Part shown: positions 1 to 7,105 of the stretch, one piece after another
Numbering within the stretch: the stretch's first letter is position 1
Layout: every line of letters begins with the position of its first letter
From: Abditibacteriaceae bacterium
GTDB taxonomy: Bacteria; Armatimonadota; Abditibacteriia; Abditibacteriales; Abditibacteriaceae
Assembly (NCBI GenBank): GCA_031425655.1
Contig: JANPJS010000178.1
Location: 1-11,577 of the forward strand
DNA length: 11,577 nucleotides
Direction: 5' to 3'
Made by a program: the position numbers and the translations under genes
The notes under the pieces: generated by a model
What the model was told of the DNA's origin: nothing
Databases searched by the model: none
Seen by the model: only the letters and a program-made list of their open reading frames with translations

Positions 1-123
1 TGTTTCGATGCTTGATGTTTCGATGCTTGATGTTTCGATGCTTGATGTTTCGATGCTTGATGTTTCGATGCTTGATGTTTCGATGCTTGATGTTTCGATG
101 CTTGATGTTTCGATGCTTGATGT
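1..123. repeat. Perfect 15-bp tandem repeat (TGTTTCGATGCTTGA) x8 plus TGT, running off the window edge
   Basis: Directly visible; eight identical units at 1-120 with no spacers. Confidence 0.98.
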
Positions 124-230
124 CTTGAGGCGCTACCGACATTAGGTCCATAGCAGAGCGCGGAAACTCACTTGGTGAGGTTTCATTGCTGCGCGTAGCC
201 GTGACTGCAAGCAGACAAAAACTGCCTTTG

Positions 231-368
231 CCACCCGGCGATTCGGGAACCCTTTGGGTGGTGCCGGGCTGAAATACCAAGCCTCTGCGAGGCTATTCAG
301 AGGCTTGGTATTTCAGCCCCGAAGGGGCTTTGTGTTTAAGCCCGGTCATCCGGGAACCCTTTGGGTGG
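231..368. repeat. REP/MITE-like palindromic cluster
   Basis: 18-bp direct repeat CGGGAACCCTTTGGGTGG at 244-261 and 351-368; perfect 22-bp inverted repeat 266-287/298-319 with a 10-nt loop; small hairpin AGCCCCGAAGGGGCT at 315-329. Confidence 0.75.
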
Positions 369-459
369 GAACGGGGTGGCGTAGGCTCATGCGTTTGCCC
401 TGTTTGCGGCACAGCCTCAGCGTTTGAGCGGCGCTAAATCTGATAAAATCAAGGCGCCC

Positions 460-1194
460 ATGAAAATCACGCTGGCCCTGCTGGCCTACAACGAAGCCGC
501 GACGATTGAACCCACCGTGCGCGAAGCCGCCGCGCAAATGGACGGCGATTTCGCGCCCGGCGACTGGGAGATTCTCGTCATCAACGACGGCTCGCGCGAT
601 CAAACCGGCGCGATTTGCGACCGTATCGCGCAAGACGTGGACGGTGTGCGCGTTTATCATCACGATCCGAATCGCGGCTATGTCGAAGCGACGCTTTCGG
701 CTTTGCGCGAAGCGCGCGGCGATTACGTTTGCATCTTCGACGGCGACGGACAGCACACCGCCGCCGATGTAAAACGCTTCGCAGACAAGCTCGATTCCGG
801 CTACGACGCGGTTTTCGGTTGGAAAAAAGCGCGCTTCGATCATCCGGCGCGGTTGGTTCTCAGTCGTGGCTTGCGTTTGATGGCGCGCTATTTTTTGCAT
901 TCGCGCCTCCACGACATCAACGGCGGCTGCCGGGGTTTTCGCCGCGCGCATTGGGAAAAACTCTCGGTCATCAAGCATCGCATCAACTTCATCGGGCCGG
1001 AATTGTTCACGCGGGCGCGCCTTAACGATTTGAGAATCGCGGAAATCGTGGTGCAGCACTTCGCGCGCGAAGGCGGCGAAAGCTCGCACGCCTGGAAGAA
1101 AATTCCGCGCGAAATCGCCGAAGTGCTGGCCTATTTGCGTGCCTTGCGCGGCGAATTGCGCGCCGCCGGCAAATGGCGCCGCTTTTTGCCGTGA
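460..1194 (+). CDS. Glycosyltransferase family 2, DPM/DPG-synthase-like (polyprenol-phosphate sugar synthase)
   Basis: Motifs LAYNEA, EILVINDGSRDQT, NRGY, DGDGQH and DINGGCRGFR. ATG at 460 is preferred to TTG at 424 because the GT2 fold starts at MKITLALLAYNE. Confidence 0.92.
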   Translation: MKITLALLAYNEAATIEPTVREAAAQMDGDFAPGDWEILVINDGSRDQTGAICDRIAQDVDGVRVYHHDPNRGYVEATLSALREARGDYVCIFDGDGQHTAADVKRFADKLDSGYDAVFGWKKARFDHPARLVLSRGLRLMARYFLHSRLHDINGGCRGFRRAHWEKLSVIKHRINFIGPELFTRARLNDLRIAEIVVQHFAREGGESSHAWKKIPREIAEVLAYLRALRGELRAAGKWRRFLP

Positions 1195-1209
1195 TACGAA
1201 AACGCCCGA

Positions 1210-1340
1210 TTGCCCCGAATGAATTCGGGGTCTATCTTTACGAAGCCGGCCTTCGCCGGCTAAGCGCGTAGAGGCGATTTTGTGCGTCAACCCGCGAAGG
1301 CGGGTTTCGACATCGTAGACCCCGAATTCATTCGGGGCAA
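1210..1340. repeat. REP doublet (REPIN/BIME-like), GTAG-type
   Basis: Perfect 25-bp inverted repeat 1210-1234/1316-1340; each arm is itself a hairpin (CCCCGAAT..ATTCGGGG); the right arm starts with GTAG at 1315. An inner pair of related hairpins lies in inverted orientation at 1241-1261 and 1289-1309. Confidence 0.85.
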
Positions 1341-1346
1341 AAATTC

Positions 1347-3791
1347 ATGCCCCTCGCTACGTTTTTTGGTTGGCTTTTTCTCGTCTGGTCGCTGGGCTGG
1401 CTCATGCTGCCGCTCTCGCGCCGCGTGTGGCGCCACGCCGACGCGCCCCTGCTGCCCGACGGTGGCCTCGCCGCTGGGCGAATGCTGCTTCTGGCATTCT
1501 GGGCGCTCGGCGCGTTCTGGCTCGGTCATCTCGGAGTGCCGGTGCGATTGAGCGCGTTGCTCATTTATCCAATCGCGCTGTTCTTGCTGTGGCGCTGGAA
1601 ACGCGAACGCGGCGCGATGAAATCGCTGCTGCAAAGCCAAAAGCGCGGCGTCATCGCCGGTGAGATCATCTTTTTCTCGCTATTCGCCTTCTTCTTCGTG
1701 TTGCGCAGCTTCTGGCCGAGCATCGAAAACGGTGAAAAGCCGATGGACATGGCACTGATTTCCGCCTGCGCCCGCGCCAATTTTTTGCCGCCGCCCAATC
1801 CGTATGCCGCCGGTGAACGCTTGGCCAGCTATTACTATCTCGGCCATTTGCAAACCGCGCTTTTGACTGAGGCCATCGGCGCGCAGCCGCGCTGGACGTA
1901 TAACCTGATGGCCGCCACGCTGCCCGCGCTCTGCTTTTCGCTGCTGGCTTCGCTGGCTGGTGCGCTCATTGGGCGCGTGCGCTACGGCGTTGTGGCGGCG
2001 TGCATTGTTTTGGCGTGCGGAACGGAAGAAGCATGGCGTCAATGGCTCGTGAAATGGCACGAAGCGAGGCAAAACGGCACGCCGTTCGCGTGGTGGCCGA
2101 TCAATTACTGGGACACCTCGCGCGTGATTCCCTATGTGGACAAAGACGGCCCACACTTCACCATCAACGAATATCCGTGGTTCACCTTCAACTACGCCGA
2201 TTTACACGCGCATTATTTCGGGCAGCCGTTGGCGCTGCTGATTCTGGCGCTCGGCTGGGCGTTGTTTCATCAGGTGCGCGATGGCGCCAAATCAAAGCCG
2301 TGGAAAATCACCGCGCTACTCGCTGCCGTTGCGCTCGGCGCGCAAATCGTGACCAATACATGGGATTTTCCAGCGTATTCGCTGCTCATCTTTTCATGCG
2401 TCGCGTCGCTGGCGTTCTGGCCGGGCTGGAAAAGCAGAAAAGAGGCCCCAAAAGCCAAAAAACGCCATAATTCGGCAGATAAACGCCTCGAAGTGGCCTC
2501 GCAGCGACGCATTTTCTGGATGCGATTCGCGTTGGCCGTCGTTGCCGCGCTTGGCATTGGAATCGTGGCGCTTTTGGTCGCGTCTCCGTTTCTTTTGAAG
2601 TTGCATTCGGCGGCCAACCCGCCGCGACCTTTGGAGCAACCGGCATCGCCGTTGCGCGAATGGCTTTTGGTGTGGGGGCTTTTTGCCGGAGCTTGGTTTT
2701 GGGTGCTCCTCGCTCAGACCCAAAGGCGAAGGGCCGACGTTCCGACAAAATTCTTTGAATCTCTGGTTTTTCCCATTGTGACTTTTGGCGTGATTTACGT
2801 GAATGCCTTCGTGCAAAGTGGTCAATCTTGCTTCGTATTGAGCTTGTTGATTACTTTGTTGGTTTTGACGTTACCGGAATCGTTGTTAAGCGACGATGCG
2901 ACGCACGTTTTTTTGTGTCGTGTGGCTCTGTGCGGGCTTTTGGCGCTATTGTGGAGTGAGACGACGTGGGCCGGATTTCTCGACAAGCCGTATCATCGGC
3001 AGGACACGGTTTTTAAGTTCGGCCTGCAAGCGTGGTATTTGCTGGGCACAGCTTCGATTTGCGGCGCGCTGCGTTTGTGGTCGCGTTGGCGCGCCGCGAT
3101 GCCCGAAGAGCCGCCGCTGCGCTTGGAATTCGCGCGCACGGCGCTGGCGCTCCTCTTTTTCGCTCCGTTCATGGCGATGGTTTCGACGCCGATGGCGCGG
3201 GCGCGCATGGAATTCATCTCGCGCGGTCGTTTGCAGTCGGAATACGAAACGCCGTATCCGCCGGGCAAAATCAAGCCCTTCGTTTTGGGATTTCGCTGGT
3301 TCGGCCTACGAGCCGAGCGTTGGGACGGCTGGGACACTTGGACGCACCTCGCGCCCGCCGAACGCACTGCCGCGCAATGGCTGCGCGATGCGGCCCGCGA
3401 TGGTGAAAACTTGCTCGAAGCCGAGCAAAAAGAAGGCGGCGACTACTCCGAGTTCACGCGCTACACGCACGCGACCGGCGTTCCTACGGTGATCGGCCCG
3501 CAGGCGCACACCTTTCAATGGGGCGTAGATTGGGAGAAGGTTTTCGAGCGCAAAAACGACGCGCGCACGTTTTATACATCGGGCGGTGCGGGCAAAAGCG
3601 CGGAGCGCGCGGCGATTTTGCGAAAATACAAAGTGCGTTACATCGTGTGCGGCGAACTCGAACGCAGCCAATACGGACGGGATAATTTGGCTCGGCTCGA
3701 ACGCGATTTGCTGGAAGACGGCTTAAGCAGCGTAACTTTTCAGGACGTAGACCAAGACCCGCATCGCGTGACGATTTATTTTCGGAAATAG
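1347..3791 (+). CDS. DUF2298 / Chlor_Arch_YYY (TIGR03662-like) polytopic membrane protein, predicted GT-C fold glycosyltransferase
   Basis: 814 aa with many TM segments; family motifs GEKPMD, PPPNPYAAGE..SYYYLGH, TINEYPWFTF..ADLHAH, TNTWDFP, DTVFKF, and a C-terminal KYKVRYIVCGELER. Confidence 0.88.
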   Translation: MPLATFFGWLFLVWSLGWLMLPLSRRVWRHADAPLLPDGGLAAGRMLLLAFWALGAFWLGHLGVPVRLSALLIYPIALFLLWRWKRERGAMKSLLQSQKRGVIAGEIIFFSLFAFFFVLRSFWPSIENGEKPMDMALISACARANFLPPPNPYAAGERLASYYYLGHLQTALLTEAIGAQPRWTYNLMAATLPALCFSLLASLAGALIGRVRYGVVAACIVLACGTEEAWRQWLVKWHEARQNGTPFAWWPINYWDTSRVIPYVDKDGPHFTINEYPWFTFNYADLHAHYFGQPLALLILALGWALFHQVRDGAKSKPWKITALLAAVALGAQIVTNTWDFPAYSLLIFSCVASLAFWPGWKSRKEAPKAKKRHNSADKRLEVASQRRIFWMRFALAVVAALGIGIVALLVASPFLLKLHSAANPPRPLEQPASPLREWLLVWGLFAGAWFWVLLAQTQRRRADVPTKFFESLVFPIVTFGVIYVNAFVQSGQSCFVLSLLITLLVLTLPESLLSDDATHVFLCRVALCGLLALLWSETTWAGFLDKPYHRQDTVFKFGLQAWYLLGTASICGALRLWSRWRAAMPEEPPLRLEFARTALALLFFAPFMAMVSTPMARARMEFISRGRLQSEYETPYPPGKIKPFVLGFRWFGLRAERWDGWDTWTHLAPAERTAAQWLRDAARDGENLLEAEQKEGGDYSEFTRYTHATGVPTVIGPQAHTFQWGVDWEKVFERKNDARTFYTSGGAGKSAERAAILRKYKVRYIVCGELERSQYGRDNLARLERDLLEDGLSSVTFQDVDQDPHRVTIYFRK

Positions 3792-3818
3792 GTCTCTCGC
3801 AAAGACGCCAAGTCGCAA

Positions 3819-3963
3819 AGAGGTCCTAAATAAAAGACATATTGGTTATTCCAAGAAGTAGGAGTTGTCATTCTGAGCGGAGCGGAGTGAGGCACGAATG
3901 ACAAAACTCTTCGTTGGTTTCATCTCACAGAAATTTCCTCATGGTCATTAATTTAGGAACTCT
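3819..3963. mobile_element. Putative MITE nested in the outer IR
   Basis: Imperfect terminal IR AGAGGTCCTAAATAAAAGAC vs AGAGTTCCTAAATTAATGAC (17/20), AT-rich interior, AA on both flanks, no ORF. Confidence 0.5.
3865..3904. repeat. Short GTCATTCTGAGCG...GAATGACA-type palindromic repeat
   Basis: TTGTCATTC (3865-3873) pairs with GAATGACAA (3896-3904); resembles a widespread intergenic repeat type in internally deleted form (recognised from memory). Confidence 0.6.
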
Positions 3964-4049
3964 AAGAGAAAACCCTTGTAATCAAGCCGTTTCTTGAAAA
4001 ATCTCAAGACTCTTTGCGACTTGGCGTCTTTGCGAGAGATTAAAAATCA

Positions 4050-6191
4050 ATGGCCAAAAATAAGCATAAAATTACGATCCAGCCAAGAAAAATAGAGAAA
4101 AATACGGCGCCTGAACCCGTCGCCGCTGCGTGGGGCGAAGACGACGCGCGCTTCTGGAAAATGTCGCTGCTCCTGCTGCTGGTTGGCATCGCGCTGCGAC
4201 AAATCGCCCTTGCGAGGGCGCCTTATTCGTCGGATGAAGCGATTCACGCTTGGTTTTCGCTGGGCTTCGAGAATTACAACTACGACCCGGTTTACCACGG
4301 GCCGCTGATGTATCATTTGCTGGCGACGGCGTTCGCCTTTATCAAGCCGCACGCGGCGGGCGATTTCGTAGGGCGCATGGTGCCGTCGCTACTGGGCATC
4401 GCGCTTTTGGCGGTCACGATTGGCCCGGCGCGGCGCTGGCTGGGGCCAAAAGGTGCGCTGTGGAGCCTCGCTCTGCTGGCGATTTCCCCCGTCATGGTCG
4501 CGTATCATCGCTTCCTGATTCACGATGCGCTGACGATGTTGCTGACTTTCGGCGCGGTTTTATGCTTTCAGCGAACGCTCGAAACGCACAGTTGGACGCA
4601 AAGCGGACGGCAAGCGCGTGTCGGTTTGGCCGCGTTGCTGGCGCTGTTTTTGGCGACAAAAGCGAACGCCTTTTTCATCATCGCCATGCTTTTGGCGTTC
4701 TGGATCGTGGTTTTGCTGACGCGAAAACGCGGAGCGATAAGCGAAGAGCGTGCACTCCCGAAATCACTCGAAACATGGCTGCCCATCGCGCTTTTTGGCG
4801 CTGTTGCCATTGCCTCGCATTTCGCGCTGCGCGACCCGGATTTCAAGCCGTATATCGACAATTTGCAAAAAACCGGTATCGGCGATTTGCCTTTAGCCTT
4901 CGCAAAACTGATTCACAGCGAAACCACTTACAAGATATTTTGCGTGTTCAGCGTCGGATTGCTGGGCTTGTGGCTGCTTTTCGCGCCGCGTGCCGCGCAG
5001 CCGGACGCGCCAACCGCTGACGAAGCCGCTGCGCGCCCGAAATTCGATTTACGCACGCCGCTTTTAGCCGGATGGGTGACGGTTTTTCTTTGCGCTTATC
5101 TTTACGGACACGGCGTATTGTGGTGGAAAGTGCCGGTCGAAATGGCGCGCAATCCCGATGTGTGGTCGCAGAAATTCGCGGCCAGCGCCGGAGCCATTAA
5201 ATCCGCCGCGTTTCGTCAATATCAGTTCGATCCGGCGACGGACGGCAATTGGACGGCGCCGAAAATCGGCGAAGCGCCCGACTGGGATTCCGCGACGATG
5301 GCGATTCCGCGAATGCTGCACTATTGGGGCGGGCAGCAGGCCAAACCGCGCCTGCCGGGGCCGCACGATTACTATTTGGTGCTGATGATTCTTTATGAAT
5401 TGCCCCTCGTTCTTGCAGCTATCGGCGGCATCGTTCACGCTGCAAAAAAGCGCACGCCGTTCGGTGATTTGCTGCTGTGGTGGGCGTTCACGTCGTTCGT
5501 GCTTTACGCCGTAGCCAACGAAAAAGTGCCGTGGCTGCTGACGCAAATCATGCTGCCGCTGATCCTCTTAGCCGGGATGTGGCTGGGCAGTTTGGAATTG
5601 AAAGCCGAACGGCGCAGCGTGTTTTACGCGGCGTGCGCGCTCAGCGCGATTTTCCTGCTCCGCAATGTCGCTGCGACGAGTTTCGGGCGCCCGGTAGACC
5701 AACACGAGCCGCTTTATTACGCGCAAACAACCGAAACTTTCCGCGACGAATACGGAAAAGCCTTGCTTAAAACGGCGCAGCAGCCCGGCGATGTTTGGGT
5801 GGATTTTGCCGTGCAATGGCCCGTCGTGTGGTGGTTGCGCGAAGGCGCGCCGCTCAAAGGCGCGTCCAACATGATACTCAGCGGCATCCCACCGACGCAG
5901 CCGACGCGCGTTGCCATTGTTTCCGTCGAAGTGTGGGAAAAACACAAGACGCAAATGACAGATTGGGAAGCGAAGAAAGTGGATTACTTCGTCTGGCCGC
6001 GCGCCTCGTGGCCGGCGATTCGCCCCGACCGCTTGTGGAAATTCTGGGTGCATCGCCTCGTCAATCCCGAATATAAACAACCCGGTTATCGCGAGTGGGA
6101 TTCCAACGGCAAAATCAAAGACAACAGCCTGCTCGCCGCTCCCGGCGAATGGAGCCACAGCGAAATCATCATAGCGACGAAAAAGGGATGA
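4050..6191 (+). CDS. TIGR03663 / Agl23-like polytopic membrane protein (PMT/ArnT-like GT-C superfamily; 'flippase activity-associated')
   Basis: 713 aa; motifs DEAIHAWFS, YNYDPVYHGPLMYH, LLAISPVMVAYHRF, ATK, GPHDYY..LYELP and EKVPWL. Confidence 0.88.
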   Translation: MAKNKHKITIQPRKIEKNTAPEPVAAAWGEDDARFWKMSLLLLLVGIALRQIALARAPYSSDEAIHAWFSLGFENYNYDPVYHGPLMYHLLATAFAFIKPHAAGDFVGRMVPSLLGIALLAVTIGPARRWLGPKGALWSLALLAISPVMVAYHRFLIHDALTMLLTFGAVLCFQRTLETHSWTQSGRQARVGLAALLALFLATKANAFFIIAMLLAFWIVVLLTRKRGAISEERALPKSLETWLPIALFGAVAIASHFALRDPDFKPYIDNLQKTGIGDLPLAFAKLIHSETTYKIFCVFSVGLLGLWLLFAPRAAQPDAPTADEAAARPKFDLRTPLLAGWVTVFLCAYLYGHGVLWWKVPVEMARNPDVWSQKFAASAGAIKSAAFRQYQFDPATDGNWTAPKIGEAPDWDSATMAIPRMLHYWGGQQAKPRLPGPHDYYLVLMILYELPLVLAAIGGIVHAAKKRTPFGDLLLWWAFTSFVLYAVANEKVPWLLTQIMLPLILLAGMWLGSLELKAERRSVFYAACALSAIFLLRNVAATSFGRPVDQHEPLYYAQTTETFRDEYGKALLKTAQQPGDVWVDFAVQWPVVWWLREGAPLKGASNMILSGIPPTQPTRVAIVSVEVWEKHKTQMTDWEAKKVDYFVWPRASWPAIRPDRLWKFWVHRLVNPEYKQPGYREWDSNGKIKDNSLLAAPGEWSHSEIIIATKKG

Positions 6192-6274
6192 AGGCGGAAG
6201 GATGAGGGATGAAAGAAGCGCCTCCGGCGCGAAGCGCGAATTTTCATCCCTCATCCTTCCGCCCTCATCCCTTT
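6182..6274. repeat. Inverted array of heptamer-like units (GGATGA core) between convergent genes; likely bidirectional terminator
   Basis: 33-bp IR 6182-6214/6242-6274 with one mismatch; overlaps the TGA stop at 6189-6191. Confidence 0.85.
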
Positions 6275-6277
6275 CTT

Positions 6278-6943
6278 TTAGTCTCGTTCGAGGCCTTTGC
6301 CATAGCCTTCGAGAAACTCGCGCCACTCGGCGCGGCGGATGGCCGAAACGAAGCGCGGAAACGAAATGTAGGGCACGTAGCGCGGCTTATAAGGCGGACG
6401 CGGCAGTCTCATGCCGCATTCCTGCGGCGTGCGGCTGCCTTTCTTGTTGTTACATTTCAAGCAGCTACAAACCACGTTTTCCCAGGTCGTCTCGCCGCCG
6501 CGATGGCGCGGAAAAACGTGGTCAATCGTCAGAGTTTGCTTCGAGCCGCAGTAAACGCAGGTGTAATCGTCGCGCGCCAGCACGGCTTTGCGCGAAAGCT
6601 TTAGGCGCGGCAGCGGACGGCGAATGTTGGTGTGCAGACGCACCACGCTGGGCACCTCATGCGCGCCGCCCGTCGAGATCAGGATAGTCTCCGACCAGCG
6701 CAGCACTTCGGCTTTGTCCAGCCACACCAATGCCATGCCGCGACGCACGCCGCAGATGTTGAGCGGCTCGAAGTTGTGATTGAGCACCAGCACGCCGCTG
6801 TCGGACAACCCGTAATGGGCGCCTTGCAGCTCGTGCTCGTGCTCGCACAGAGACGGTGGATGTTGCTGCTCCGGCACGTTCGCCGAGCGCACCGTGCGGC
6901 GCTCGTGGCGAGTGGCGGAAGCAGACTTGCGATTGTGCTTCAT
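6278..6943 (-). CDS. HNH endonuclease (McrA/HNH_5-like) with N-terminal VLVLNxxxEPL domain
   Basis: RDDYTCVYCG, LTIDHVFPRHRGG, WENVVCSCLKCNNKKG (Zn-binding CxxC pairs plus HNH); SD AGGAGG 4 nt before the ATG at 6943. Confidence 0.92.
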   Translation of the reverse strand: MKHNRKSASATRHERRTVRSANVPEQQHPPSLCEHEHELQGAHYGLSDSGVLVLNHNFEPLNICGVRRGMALVWLDKAEVLRWSETILISTGGAHEVPSVVRLHTNIRRPLPRLKLSRKAVLARDDYTCVYCGSKQTLTIDHVFPRHRGGETTWENVVCSCLKCNNKKGSRTPQECGMRLPRPPYKPRYVPYISFPRFVSAIRRAEWREFLEGYGKGLERD

Positions 6944-6947
6944 GTTG

Positions 6948-7075
6948 CCTCCTGGGCATCGCTACCCGTGAGCCGATAGGCTCGTAAGCCTTCAGGTTTC
7001 CAGCCTGACGGCTCGTGCCGGCGGCTTAGCTGAAGAGATGAATAGATTTCTCTCCTTTGCGCCGCCGGTCTTCAT
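6948..7075 (-). ncRNA. Candidate structured RNA leader of the HNH gene
   Basis: Four consecutive stem-loops folded by eye: 7068-7018, 7014-6986, 6983-6970 and 6967-6954 (GCGA GNRA loop), ending at the SD. No family recognised. Confidence 0.4.
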
Positions 7076-7080
7076 ATATC

Positions 7081-7104
7081 GAAATAGCCCCGAAAGGCTT
7101 TTTC
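7081..7104 (-). terminator. Small UUCG-loop hairpin after the TPR gene
   Basis: Minus strand AGCCT-TTCG-GGGCT followed by ATTTC, just after the stop at 7106; weak U-tract. Confidence 0.4.
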
Positions 7105-7105
7105 T

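Larger units (their letters stand above)
3793..4039. repeat. Composite inverted-repeat element (outer 30-bp IR with nested elements)
   Basis: Perfect 30-bp IR TCTCTCGCAAAGACGCCAAGTCGCAAAGAG at 3793-3822/4010-4039. Confidence 0.9.

Noticed and set aside
1..123. CRISPR array
   Set aside because: The units are 15 bp and contiguous with no spacers; no cas genes in the window.
346..1290. 314-aa minus-strand ORF
   Set aside because: Antisense shadow of the GT2 gene; runs through repeats and shows no motifs.
1282..6326. Many short alternative-frame and antisense ORFs over the two membrane protein genes
   Set aside because: Arg/Ala-rich frame artefacts of GC-rich coding DNA that overlap well-supported genes.
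6278..6943. IscB/Cas9 or an intact IS200/IS605 element
   Set aside because: No RuvC motifs or bridge helix, only 221 aa, and no tnpA in the window.
6986..7068. c-di-GMP-I (GEMM) riboswitch, suggested by GCAAA, GAAA and GCTAA
   Set aside because: Motif order and the GGACGCAAAGC junction do not fit.
7030..7104. Hammerhead ribozyme on + (CTGAAGA ... GAAA)
   Set aside because: The core words are present, but no stem I adjoins CUGA and stem III is mismatched at the core.
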